From a virus (lineage: Duplodnaviria > Heunggongvirae > Uroviricota > Caudoviricetes), in the IMG/VR virus record IMGVR_UViG_3300015615_000881: DNA of 64,000 bases; one strand, given 5' to 3'. The translations under genes and the position numbers were made by a program. A model generated the notes under the pieces. That model was not told where the DNA came from and made no database searches. It was given only the letters and a program-made list of their open reading frames with translations. This document shows positions 1 through 10,200 of the stretch, piece after piece. Positions within the stretch are counted from its first letter, which is position 1. Each line of letters opens with the position of its first letter.

Positions 1-158
1 CCGCTGCCTCAGCGCTGGCCCACTGGATGGTTTCTTTCACCGTCCTGTCTGCGCCATTGTTGACGAGGAGGAGTTGTTCCACTGACTGGTCGATGGATGC
101 AATGCAACGACGAAGCAGGTCGCCCCGGTTCAACACCGGAATGCCAAGAACGGGAATA

Positions 159-1178
159 CTAGACATGCGTCAACCACTCCTTTCTCTCGAGATACCACGC
201 GACGGTCCGGCTGAGGCTTTCATGGAACGCCACCGGAGCCACCCAACCAGCCCGCTTCAACTTCTCCCCGTTGAGGGCGTACCGTCGGTCGTGCCCGGGG
301 CGCGCCGCGTGGAAGTCCACCAGCTTGTAGTTGAGCTCCTCCTCCATCATCGACGCGACCGCCTGCGCGAGCTCAAGGTTATCGATCTCGATTTCACCGA
401 CCACGTTGTAGCGGTCCGGCAGCCGGGCTCCATTGCCCCCCTCGTAACCGGCCGGCGCCAGATTCCGAAGAATATGCAGAAGGGCGTCGGCGTGGTTGCG
501 GGCGTGGAGATAGAAGCGGCTCCCGATCGATTGATCGGAACCGTGGATGGTGACGGTGCGGCCGGCCAGGATGGAATGGATGATGTTCGGCACGAACTTT
601 TCCGGGTCCTGCATCTCGCCGATGTTGTTCATTGTGTTGGTCAACACGACCGGCACGTCGTAGGTCCGCCAGTAGGAAACGGCGATGGCCTCTTGTGCCG
701 CCTTGCTGGCCGCGTAGGGATTGCTGGGAACGATCGGACTCCATTCCGCGTGGCACTGACCATCGTAAGCGGCGCCATAGACCTCGTCGGTGCTGATCTG
801 GATGAACGCTTCAATGGTCCTGTGCCGGGCGAACTCCAGCATGTTCAGCACGAGATCGACATTGTTCCGCACGAAGGCCACCGGGTCCTGGATGGACCGG
901 TCAACGTGGGATTCGCTGGCCATGTTGATGATGTAATCCACCGGACCAATCTCGCGAGTGGTCAGCGCCGAGAGGGGCGCGCGCAGATCGTGGGTGACAA
1001 CCGTCACCCGCTCCTTCCATTCCGGATGCGACCGAAACATCTCCACAATGCGATCGGCCAGGCCTTTGTGGCGGAAACTGTCCAGGGCCACGAGGCGCCA
1101 GTCGGTGTTGTGCATCACATGCGCGAGTGTGTGCGCGCCAATGAACCCGCCGGCGCCGGTGAGAAGGACAGTCTTCAT
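159..1178 (-). CDS. rfbB: dTDP-glucose 4,6-dehydratase (extended SDR family)
   Basis: It has an N-terminal Rossmann motif (TGAGGFIGAHT), the catalytic Y-x3-K (YAASKAAQ) and the ISTDEVYG motif typical of RmlB. Length is 339 aa. Confidence 0.75.
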   Translation of the reverse strand: MKTVLLTGAGGFIGAHTLAHVMHNTDWRLVALDSFRHKGLADRIVEMFRSHPEWKERVTVVTHDLRAPLSALTTREIGPVDYIINMASESHVDRSIQDPVAFVRNNVDLVLNMLEFARHRTIEAFIQISTDEVYGAAYDGQCHAEWSPIVPSNPYAASKAAQEAIAVSYWRTYDVPVVLTNTMNNIGEMQDPEKFVPNIIHSILAGRTVTIHGSDQSIGSRFYLHARNHADALLHILRNLAPAGYEGGNGARLPDRYNVVGEIEIDNLELAQAVASMMEEELNYKLVDFHAARPGHDRRYALNGEKLKRAGWVAPVAFHESLSRTVAWYLERKEWLTHV

Positions 1179-1951
1179 GCCGTCTGTAGATTCGGTTGAC
1201 TTGATTGGATTTTTTCCCAGACCGCGACCAGTTCCCGTCGCAGATCATCCAGGTCCCCGTTGTTGTCCACGGTGTGGGCAATACCCTCAATCGCCTCCAC
1301 ATTCTCGCTCGAGTGGACGGGGGATCGTTCGATCAGCGGCAGGTGAACTTCGCCGCCGAACAGGCGCGCTCCAAATTCACCAGCCCACCATTCCATGAGC
1401 GGTTTGAATCGCGCTTCATCGCCCTCGATCCCGTCGAGGCTGCCGCCCCACCCCATGTTCCGGATGCACCGGACAATCTCACGGCGGATGACCCATAAAT
1501 TTGTGGAGGACACCTGACTCAAGTCCACGACGCCCCGGGGCCGTGATTCAGCCGCGGGCACTTCCCGCAGGATCCGGATGACGATGCCGCCCCGGCTGTT
1601 GACGAAGTCGGATTCGTTCTGAAACCGGACGTCGGTCACCACCAGGGCATCCGCCCGGGTGAACTGAATCGACTCGTCCATCCGGCGCAGCCAGTAGTCG
1701 CCACCGAAATACGCCCTTCGAAACTCGGTGCCCCACCATTGGAGCAGGACCCGGAAGCGTTCCTTGTCCGCCTCGATGTCGCTGAGCTCCACCTGGGAAC
1801 CGACGCTGCGCAGTGCGCGAACCACCTCGCGCTTGAGCGGGTCGGCGAATGCGCTGCGATAGATCCTGGAGCGGCCGCCGATGCGTCTCAGGATTTCGAA
1901 GGCGGTGTCTTTTCCGCTGCGCTTTTTCCCACAGATTCCGATGAGCCTCAT
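1175..1951 (-). CDS. phage deoxynucleoside monophosphate kinase (T4 gp1-like)
   Basis: P-loop GICGKKRSGKDT at the N-terminus. LLQWWGTEFRR...DYWLRRM and VVTDVRFQNE...GGIVIRI match the T4 gp1 core. A second copy of the ERF(K/R)xL(L/M)(Q/E)WW(G/A)xEF motif occurs C-terminally, indicating an internal duplication. Confidence 0.6.
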   Translation of the reverse strand: MRLIGICGKKRSGKDTAFEILRRIGGRSRIYRSAFADPLKREVVRALRSVGSQVELSDIEADKERFRVLLQWWGTEFRRAYFGGDYWLRRMDESIQFTRADALVVTDVRFQNESDFVNSRGGIVIRILREVPAAESRPRGVVDLSQVSSTNLWVIRREIVRCIRNMGWGGSLDGIEGDEARFKPLMEWWAGEFGARLFGGEVHLPLIERSPVHSSENVEAIEGIAHTVDNNGDLDDLRRELVAVWEKIQSSQPNLQTA

Positions 1952-2991
1952 ATCTTTCCGGTGAAGGGAACCCAGTTGAACACTCCGTGTTGACCGATCA
2001 GAAATGCGACCTGGGACGGGACGGCGTGCCGACCCTGGCTGTGATCAAACTCGCTGGTGCCGGACAGGGACCCGTTCACCAGAATGTTCCCCTCGATGAC
2101 ACAGGGAACGTGGAAGTGATCGATCGACCAGTAATGGAAGCCGCGACTGGTGTTCATCCGGCGCTTGGCTTCCTTGCCAATCATCCGGCTGAACCCGTAG
2201 TAGGGCAGACCCGCCCACCCCTTGATCGTGTCGCCGTGTTCACTCAGCACCTTGAAATGGTCCACCTTTACGAGGCTCTTCATGCCCGTTGCCTCATGGA
2301 ACCGGATGTTCTGGCATCGGACGAGAGCCTGAATGGTCAGCATGTGCACGAGGTAACTCATGCTGTTCGTCGTCTTCTGCTTCGCCTGCGGCTTGGGATT
2401 CAGCCGCCCGTGATTGTCGGCTCCGACCAGGCTGACATCGACCGTTTCGAAACAACCTGAGATACGCCGGATCACTTCACCCAACAGCAGGCCGGCCTTG
2501 GCAGTCTGCTGCGGGAGCGGGAATTCGTTGGTAACGCGGAGTTCCTCGTGAATGTTACCGGAGATGTAGTCGCCTTCGCAGAAGACGATGCAATGCTGGA
2601 TGCGATAGGCCTTTCTCTGGATCTCCACCCACTTCAGAAAGTCTCCGATGATGGTGAAGATCCGGTTCTCAGCGATCGCGTAATTGAATCTGCCAAACCC
2701 TTCTGTTTCCCGGGCCAGCGTGCGCTCTCCAATGTGCCAGTCCGAGAGTTTGATGGCGGCGGAGACCACCGGAAGATTCCGTGACGCGGTCTGAACATGG
2801 TAGGGCTTGAACGGTTCGGCGGCAACGATGGCCGCGGCAGTCTCGCGGGCGAACTCCTCACTCTCGCCAATCTTGGCCTGCAAACGCTTGATCGTTTTCT
2901 CATTGGCACGAACCTGCCGTTGAAGGAACTCAAACCTTTCCTTCGTGAGACCACCCGCCTTGATCTGAGCCACCGTCATATCGCCTTTCAT
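1948..2991 (-). CDS. calcineurin-like metallophosphoesterase (SbcD/Mre11-like phosphoesterase)
   Basis: Metallophosphatase motifs are present in order: GDYISG, GADNHGR and DHFHVP. There is a coiled-coil-like N-terminus. The start forms an ATGA overlap with the downstream gene. Confidence 0.55.
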   Translation of the reverse strand: MKGDMTVAQIKAGGLTKERFEFLQRQVRANEKTIKRLQAKIGESEEFARETAAAIVAAEPFKPYHVQTASRNLPVVSAAIKLSDWHIGERTLARETEGFGRFNYAIAENRIFTIIGDFLKWVEIQRKAYRIQHCIVFCEGDYISGNIHEELRVTNEFPLPQQTAKAGLLLGEVIRRISGCFETVDVSLVGADNHGRLNPKPQAKQKTTNSMSYLVHMLTIQALVRCQNIRFHEATGMKSLVKVDHFKVLSEHGDTIKGWAGLPYYGFSRMIGKEAKRRMNTSRGFHYWSIDHFHVPCVIEGNILVNGSLSGTSEFDHSQGRHAVPSQVAFLIGQHGVFNWVPFTGKI

Positions 2992-3263
2992 TGCCCCCCC
3001 TCCTTTATCGCGGCGCGAACTGTGTCCGGGTGCCCATACCAGTTCCGCCCGCCGTGTCTGACTCGGTACCTCTTCATCGATGGATCAACTACGTGAGGAT
3101 CGAGCGAGTCATGGTTTGTGTAGCCAGCCAGCAATGCCAGTTTTCTCTTGGTGATCAGGTGGCCCTTTGGATATTTCTCCAGAATATTGACCAGCTTTTT
3201 AACTGGCGGAGGTAGGTGCTTTGAAGCCGGAGGACAGGCGCCCTCGAAGATGATTGTTCCCAT
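2988..3263 (-). CDS. hypothetical small protein (possible winged-helix DNA-binding)
   Basis: ORF with a GGAGGA ribosome-binding site 6 nt upstream of the ATG at 3263. ATGA overlaps occur at both ends. There are no recognisable motifs. Confidence 0.35.
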   Translation of the reverse strand: MGTIIFEGACPPASKHLPPPVKKLVNILEKYPKGHLITKRKLALLAGYTNHDSLDPHVVDPSMKRYRVRHGGRNWYGHPDTVRAAIKEGGQ

Positions 3264-3265
3264 GG

Positions 3266-3496
3266 TTATCCTCCGCCTTTCTCCAACCACTCGTTATGTT
3301 TGGTTTTCCGGGAGTTGATCTCCGCCTCAATCTCCAGCAGCTTTGGATCGTCAGCCGGCTTGGTCTTTGCGTCGCGAAAGTAGCAGTCGAGCAGGCACCG
3401 CATGACCACGTCCGTCTCTGCTATTTGCGCTGCGGTTTTCATTCCCCTTTGAACAACTTCATCCATTCGTCGGCGATGCGGTCCCAGGACAACCAT
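3266..3496 (-). CDS. hypothetical small protein
   Basis: An ORF that fills the gap between the glycosyltransferase gene and the 2988-3263 gene. The true start may be the internal Met (MKTAAQ...). Confidence 0.25.
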   Translation of the reverse strand: MVVLGPHRRRMDEVVQRGMKTAAQIAETDVVMRCLLDCYFRDAKTKPADDPKLLEIEAEINSRKTKHNEWLEKGGG

Positions 3497-4800
3497 TCCT
3501 TGATGCAGTCCGGGAGTTCGACGCGGCCGGTTCTCAATTGAGCATAGATTTGGTATGCCGCCTCTTTGTAGTTCACAGGGAAGCGGACCCGTGTATCCGT
3601 CGAATTTACAATCGCAATACCACTCACGGGCAGGCGAACCACCCTGACCGCAGCGGTCTGGAGGCGGTCGAGTATTTCAGCACAGGCCGTGTGGTAGGGA
3701 GCCGCGACCGGACAACCGGCCGCGGCCGCCTCTGTGATAGGCAAACCCCACCCCTCACCGAGCGTCGTCGTCAGGAAAAGATCGGCAGCGTTGTACAACT
3801 TGTTCAACTTCTCTTCACTCCACAGCGGCTGGTTCCCCATCCAATGCCCACCCGATTTCTCGTCGGTGCAGCGCCAGTCTTCGGTATATTTGAGACCCAT
3901 CTGACGGGCGAGAATCTCCAGATGATGCGAGTCGTCATGCACGTTCCAGGCGGTCATGTGCATCAACAATCTGACATTCCGAACGCCCGGAATCGGATTT
4001 GCGGCGTGGTGAAGCTTCAGTTCCTTGAACGTTTGGAACGTGCTGATGATCCCCTTGCGGGGTTGGTTGGCGCTGACGTTTACAATCAGAACATCATCCG
4101 ACTTCAGCCACCCGGGCAGTAACTCTTCCACCAACTTGAATCTTGGGTCCGGCAGCTTCCGGTACACACCGGTGTCAACGCCATGTGGCAGGACGCGGAT
4201 CTTCGATTCCCAGTCTGTGCCAGGATCCTGAATCGCCGAGACGGCCTGTTCCCTTCCCCATTCGCAGTAGGCAACCGGAACATCGACGTTCCGGATTATG
4301 TCAGCCCAGCCTGGTTCCAGCGGCGCATCGACCGGGAAGTAGAGGAAGCTGCGCGCCCCCAGTTTAGTGCATGCCTCACTCAATACCGCCGGGAATTTGC
4401 AGTTCGAAAGCCCGAACGTGTCCTGCATCAGCCAGACGTGTGTGTAGGGACGGCCAGCCCGATGCGCCATTTCCAACCGGCTGATGAATCCCTGCAGCTT
4501 GGGCTGCGTCGCCCAGTCCGCAAATCCGGCGGGATAGATTCGATAGGGAAGTTCGTGCGGCCAGCCGTTGAAGTTGATGCCCCAGACATCGATCTCACCG
4601 AAGGAGGCATGCCAGCGCTTGAGAAGGTTCTGGGCTACCCGGGCGAACCCGGTGTTCACCGTTGGCGAATCACATAAGCAGAGCAGCCGCATAAAAACAG
4701 GGAGGTCTGTGAGTTGGTCATCCGGATCGCATTGCGATCTCAGTACACACTTCACGCCTCCCGTGATGGTCAGCCTGAACGAACCGGCAGGCGTTGTCAA
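3439..4800 (-). CDS. GT4-family glycosyltransferase
   Basis: The C-terminal GT-B signature GEGWGLPITEAAAAGCPV (the E-x7-E motif of GT1/GT4 enzymes) is present. The true start is probably the internal Met MRLLCLC near position 4692, because the ORF-track start is a TTG codon. Confidence 0.7.
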   Translation of the reverse strand: MTTPAGSFRLTITGGVKCVLRSQCDPDDQLTDLPVFMRLLCLCDSPTVNTGFARVAQNLLKRWHASFGEIDVWGINFNGWPHELPYRIYPAGFADWATQPKLQGFISRLEMAHRAGRPYTHVWLMQDTFGLSNCKFPAVLSEACTKLGARSFLYFPVDAPLEPGWADIIRNVDVPVAYCEWGREQAVSAIQDPGTDWESKIRVLPHGVDTGVYRKLPDPRFKLVEELLPGWLKSDDVLIVNVSANQPRKGIISTFQTFKELKLHHAANPIPGVRNVRLLMHMTAWNVHDDSHHLEILARQMGLKYTEDWRCTDEKSGGHWMGNQPLWSEEKLNKLYNAADLFLTTTLGEGWGLPITEAAAAGCPVAAPYHTACAEILDRLQTAAVRVVRLPVSGIAIVNSTDTRVRFPVNYKEAAYQIYAQLRTGRVELPDCIKEWLSWDRIADEWMKLFKGE

Positions 4801-4814
4801 CAGATTCTGTTGAC
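4796..4814. promoter_or_regulatory. conserved palindromic element, perfect copy GTCAACAG-ATT-CTGTTGAC
   Basis: A 19-bp site with perfect 8-bp inverted arms. It lies at the tail/glycosyltransferase module boundary and ends in a TTGAC (-35-like) box on the coding strand. Confidence 0.5.
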
Positions 4815-7162
4815 TATTCCGAGTAGTCGAAGTCCGTCAGCAGTTCCGTGAAACTGAATGCCACCTGCCAGGCCGGAACCTTGACCGGCGTGGAGTCCGG
4901 GTTGTACGAGGAGTATCCGGCCCGGGCCACGCCCTCGTCCATCGGCACGAAGACGGGCGAGACGCTCAGCCTGGGTTGCTGGCGATAACGCACGGCCGGC
5001 GCGGCGGGCATTCCAATCGTGCCGTAGGGGTAATGGTATTGACGCCGTGCCCACTCCATCGCCGCAGTTTCACTGGCCGCCTTGACCCGGCCGCTGACTG
5101 TCCGGCGCCCGCCCTGGTTGCCGCACACCTGCACCAGGTCCCGGCCGAATGCCGTCGCGCGCAGGACCAGCCGGGCACCGCTGAACTCGATGTCCTCGGT
5201 CACCTCGCATTCCAGGATGGTATCCTCGTTGGCCATCCGGGTCTGGTAGGTATCCGCGAAATCCAGCTTGAGAAAATACTCACCGGACGAAGGCGCATCA
5301 TCGGCCGCGCTGGCCCTGACTCCGAATGACTTCTCCCGATCCTCCAAACGCTCGCTCTCGGTCAGGTTGCCCAGGCCTCCGCTCGCAATTTGGGTCAGCA
5401 CCCAGTCCGCATCGGCCCGGGAACTTGCCCAGATGCTGCCCTGCAGGCGCGTGATGCGCTGCCGGTTGAGATAATCGTTTCGGACCAGATGACTGTAGCG
5501 CAGTGCGACCTCGCCGCCGGAGGCCTTCTGCCGGTGGACGGAGAACTGGAAGTCGAGCCGCATCTCATGGCGGGCGTAGTTGATCCCGATGGACTCCCCG
5601 GAATTCACAACGTCAGCCCAGGTGCCGGCGTTGGGCGGGGTGCGCGTCGCACCGGTCGGAACTCCGGACGCCAGTCCGATCTGCTGCCGGCTTTCCGTGG
5701 TCCGCTCATTTCTGAACATGACGGTGCCGTAGCCAGACTTGAGCGTGTTGTAGTGCGTGCGGGCGGTCGCAAAGTTGGCCGCCACCACGTATCCACTGAC
5801 CGTCTCGGAGTTGAGACCAAACGTTTCCGCCGAGATGTCGCTCGTCACCTCCATGTACACCCGGGATCCCTTGAGTTGGTACTCGAAATTGAATTCGACC
5901 GGGCAGAATCGTTCGCTCGAGCTCGTGGCGTTGTCGCTGGATTGTTGATTGTCGTTGGCGGTAACGGTGCCCGTGATGAGCATCTGATGTTTGGCGGCCC
6001 CGAGGGACTTCGCCTTGGTGACGGCCGCCTGGTAGGCGGTTGCCCAGGTCGCCGCCTTTCCCAGAACCGTCCCTGAGTAGGTGCGACGGATGAATCCCGA
6101 CCGCACGTCCTCGGTGTCGCTCATGCGCAGGGTCGAGACCAGGGCGCCGGCGGCCTTGCTCAACAGATATTCGTCGTCGAACCGAAGCTCAATGAATGTG
6201 GCGCCGTCCGTATCCGCGTGGACTTCCTGATCCGTCTCGCTCGTCGTCATCGCGGACAGCGTGTCCGGGGCTCGGGAAGCCACCAAGGCCGCACGGATGG
6301 TGGCGAGCTTGGCCTTGGCGGCAGCCAGGCTCTCGGCGCCCACCCGCCCCGACAGCAGCACGGCGGTTGTGCCATCAGGATTCTGTGACCGGGTCGTGAT
6401 GGTGAACTCCGCCAGCGCATACCCGGCTTCATTCGGAAAGTGTGTGTAGGTGGCGGAGAGACTCCAATCGATGGCGTCGCTCGCGTCGTTGATGTCGCAC
6501 GAGAAATCCTCAACCCGGACCACCTTGTCGAAAGCGCCGTATTTCAACTGGCCGTCGGCTCCGTTCACCTGCTCGATCATCTCGTCCTTGGCCGCCTGCA
6601 ACACGGCGCGTCGGTCGGCCAGCGGCGCCTTCGGATTGGCAAGAAACTGGCCGGTCAATCCAATCCGGCCGGAGGCCCCCGACCGATGGCTGCGCAGGTT
6701 CGAGTATCGGCTGGCGGAGTAGGACTGGTTGGTGCGCGTGACATGCCCGAGCGTGACCTCATCGAGCTGGCCGGAACGCTTGAAGATGGCATCGATCCCG
6801 TTCGGATGCAGATCTTGCTCATAGTAGGCGAAGACAATCTCGATTGACTGCTGGTGAGATCCCCACTGGTTGGGTTCGTCGGGCAGGTTATGGGATTGAA
6901 CCGTTGCGGTCTGATCGAGGAAGACGTTTTCTGTGACCTCGTCCAGCCATTTCAACTGGCCGTGCTGGGTCTTGAGCGCCTCACGGACCACGTTGACCAG
7001 GTTGCGGTTGTCCTGGAACGAACGTTGGAATACGTCGATGCAAACGCGCAACAGGCAGCGCATGCGGTGCGGGGTCGAGTCCGGCTGGGATTCGAATTGC
7101 TGACCGCCAATTCTCAAAACGCCGAGCCCGTGAAAGGCGACGTCGTTGTAGAAGAGTTGCAT
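4814..7162 (-). CDS. large tail protein downstream of the tape measure gene (distal tail/hub-like, function unresolved)
   Basis: A 780-aa ORF immediately after the tape measure gene. It has no recognisable catalytic motif. The probable start is MQLFYND. Confidence 0.35.
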   Translation of the reverse strand: MQLFYNDVAFHGLGVLRIGGQQFESQPDSTPHRMRCLLRVCIDVFQRSFQDNRNLVNVVREALKTQHGQLKWLDEVTENVFLDQTATVQSHNLPDEPNQWGSHQQSIEIVFAYYEQDLHPNGIDAIFKRSGQLDEVTLGHVTRTNQSYSASRYSNLRSHRSGASGRIGLTGQFLANPKAPLADRRAVLQAAKDEMIEQVNGADGQLKYGAFDKVVRVEDFSCDINDASDAIDWSLSATYTHFPNEAGYALAEFTITTRSQNPDGTTAVLLSGRVGAESLAAAKAKLATIRAALVASRAPDTLSAMTTSETDQEVHADTDGATFIELRFDDEYLLSKAAGALVSTLRMSDTEDVRSGFIRRTYSGTVLGKAATWATAYQAAVTKAKSLGAAKHQMLITGTVTANDNQQSSDNATSSSERFCPVEFNFEYQLKGSRVYMEVTSDISAETFGLNSETVSGYVVAANFATARTHYNTLKSGYGTVMFRNERTTESRQQIGLASGVPTGATRTPPNAGTWADVVNSGESIGINYARHEMRLDFQFSVHRQKASGGEVALRYSHLVRNDYLNRQRITRLQGSIWASSRADADWVLTQIASGGLGNLTESERLEDREKSFGVRASAADDAPSSGEYFLKLDFADTYQTRMANEDTILECEVTEDIEFSGARLVLRATAFGRDLVQVCGNQGGRRTVSGRVKAASETAAMEWARRQYHYPYGTIGMPAAPAVRYRQQPRLSVSPVFVPMDEGVARAGYSSYNPDSTPVKVPAWQVAFSFTELLTDFDYSE

Positions 7163-7212
7163 CAAGGACCTCCGCGGACATTCGCCCACAAGCCGGGGTA
7201 AAAGTCAAACCC

Positions 7213-10200
7213 TCAGAACGGCACACCAGTGAAACCGTTCGCCTGGGCCGGCTTGGAGGAACCACGCGACGAGGACGCCCGGTCCAGCGCATCGGCAAAA
7301 GCGTGCGCGCTGGCGGCGGCTCGGTCCATGCCAGCGGCGGCGGCCTCACCGGCGGGGCCGAGCGTGCTGATGAACTCCTGACCGGCGGCCATCAAACCAT
7401 CCGTCATCGCCGCAAGAATGCCGCCCTTGTTTTCCGAGAATCTCTGGAAGGTCTCGAGATCCATTCCAAATGGGGCCAGGGCATTCTGCTCCCGGCGGTT
7501 CTGGCGCATTGCCTGGCCGCCGGTCAGCATTTCCATGTCGGCGCGGGCAGCGGGGGACAATCCAAAGAAGGAACCCGCGTTCATGCCGTTGGACATCGAG
7601 GAGACCGCCATCTTCCGCAGCAGATCGGAGGGACTGGACGTCAACAGGCTGAGTTGGAATTCCTTCTGCGAGTCGAGCGCGATCTGGCGCTCCTCGTTTT
7701 TCAGTTGCAAGAGACGCTCCTGGATTGCCTGCTCCCCCTTCAGGCCCTCGAGCTCGAGCATGTATTGCCGGACCCGGTCGTTGTCGGTCAGCGTGCGCTT
7801 CTGGGAAATCGCCAGCAGTTGTTCGGCGATCGCCTTCTGCCGGGACAGCAGACGCTCTGCTTCATTGTAACCCACGCCGGCGACGGTCAGTTCAGAGAAC
7901 CGGGCAGCAATGGAACGCCGGTCGGCAAGTCGCGCGGCGCCCTGAACCTCCGGCCGCGACAAGGCGGAATACTCCATCCCGTATTGCTCATTGAACCGGG
8001 ATGGGTCGGAGTACTGGGACAGGGCGGACAGGTAGCCGCTTCGCCGGAACAGTGCGTTCAAGGCGCCACCGGTTCCAGGCAGGGCGCCCTGCAGGGTTTG
8101 CAGCCCGCCGGCCATACCAAGCGACAACTGTTCACGACCGAGTTGATTGAATTCCGCAGCGCGACCGGCGCGCATTCGGTCATTGGCAGCGCCAAAATTC
8201 AGCCCCAACCGTGATCCGAACCGTACGAGGCGGCTGCTCATGTCAAACTCGCCGGTTTCGGTGATGGTGGAATCGACCAGATCCCGGAACATCCGGTTAC
8301 CGTTTAGGTCGATCCGGCTGAGGACGGCGAGGGCGGCTTGCATGGTCGGAGGGAGCCGGTCACCGAAGCTGACCTTTCCGAATGCGTTCATCATCCTGAA
8401 CCCACCCGAGAAAGCGCCAATGCCGGTCGAGATCCGGTTGCCGATTCCGCCGGAACCGGCCTGGTTGACGAACCGGATCCATTCCGTGGTCAGTCCGGTC
8501 CACTGACTCTTGATGGATCCGATGATCTTGGTGTTCTCGACCACCGCCGAATCCTGATTCTTCAAGTTGTCGGCCGACTGATCGAGCACCTTCCCATAGT
8601 TCTCCAACGCCGTGGCAATTCGATTCGCCTGGTTGCGGCCGAACAACCCAAGGAGCTCGCCGCGGCCGCGGGACTCGAGCGACAGGTATTTGTTCGAGAG
8701 TTCACCCAGGAGTTCGGCGCCCGGCTTGAGGGTGTTCTCGCCGCTGAGGACCTCAAACCCGAACCGGGACCGGAGCGATTCCTGAATCACCGGGTTTTGC
8801 AGCCCGGACAGGATGGCCTTGGTGCTGTTACCGAACTGAGCGCCGGCTTGGCCGCTGACGCCGGAGGGAATTCCGATCAGAGGAATCAACACATCCAGTG
8901 GAATCCCCGCGTCCTTGGCGATGGTGGCGGTCCGGGTGAGGCCTTCGAAGATGTCCTTGTTGGTGACGCGAAACTTGTTGCTCGTGTTGTTGATCTGACC
9001 GAGCACCTTGACCATGTCCTCGCCGCGGAGGTTGAAGTTCAGCATCAAGGCCGAGAGATGCTCGGTCGCCTTACCCGCATCGATCTCCGCCACATTGGCC
9101 GCCATCAACGATGCACGCACACCGTCCTGAACTTGCTTTCGGTTCAGGCCGAGCCGGGACCAGGCAATCGCCGAGTCCATCGCCTCTTCCGTGCTTCGAC
9201 CATTGGCGGCGGCGAGCGCCAGGACGTCGTCGGTCAACGCCTTCGCGGTACCGCCAGCGCCGCGGAACACTTGGTCCAGGCGGCGGGTCTGTTGCTCGAG
9301 GTTGACGAAGGCGCGAGCCGAACCTCCAGCAACACCTGTCAAGGCGCCAATCGTGCCGACAGCCGCCCCCCACCCTCCCACCGTCAACACGTTGCGTGCG
9401 AATCCAGGCAGCGTGAAGCCGGTGAGGCCTCGAGTCACCAGCCTGCCCTGCCCGCCCATGAGCGTGCCCAATATGCCGCCACCACCACCGGCGCCGGGCG
9501 GTATGGGCGGGGGAATGGACATCGGCGGCGGACTGAACCTGTCCCACACCTTTTGAACGGCAAGATTCTGACGCGAGGAACGATTGAAGTACCTCTGGTG
9601 CTCCCGGGCGGCCCGCTCCTGCTCGACGAATGCCTTCTCCGATTCCTTCATCGCGCGCTCGCGCGCCTTTTCGAAGGCGATTTCAGATGTGCGCGGGCCC
9701 ACCTGCGGACTGCCCTGGCGGAGTCGCTCCGACTGAGCCAGGAATCTGTCGGCCTGGGCCGAATACAACTGGGTGATACCTTCCGGGCCGGGAATGGCAC
9801 GCACATTTCCCGCGTGACGCCGCAAGGCAGCGGCCAAGGCAGGCGCGTCACCGGTGCGGATTCCCGCTCTCGCGATCCTGAAGGCCTCTTCCTCGAGCGC
9901 ACGCAACCGGCGCGCTTCGGCACCAGCACCACCCGATCCGCCCCCTCCGCTGCCGCTGCCAGTTCTCCGGCTGCCGCCGCCGCCGCCACCGGAACCGACT
10001 GCCGGAACCTGACCAACCACGGTCGCGGTGATCTGGGAGGCGGGAATGACCAGCGCAATCTGGCCGGAAACCGCTGCGGTATGGGCGCCAACCGGGTCGT
10101 TGGCCATCGTCGGCGTCCGGCGGAAGATGCTGCGGTAGTTTCGCGCCTGCCGGGATTCGAACGATTCCAGGAACCGGGCGGCCGACTCACGGCTGGCGAA

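Noticed and set aside
27-1199. 390-aa plus-strand ORF at window start
   Set aside because: It is antisense to the motif-supported RmlB-like dehydratase gene.
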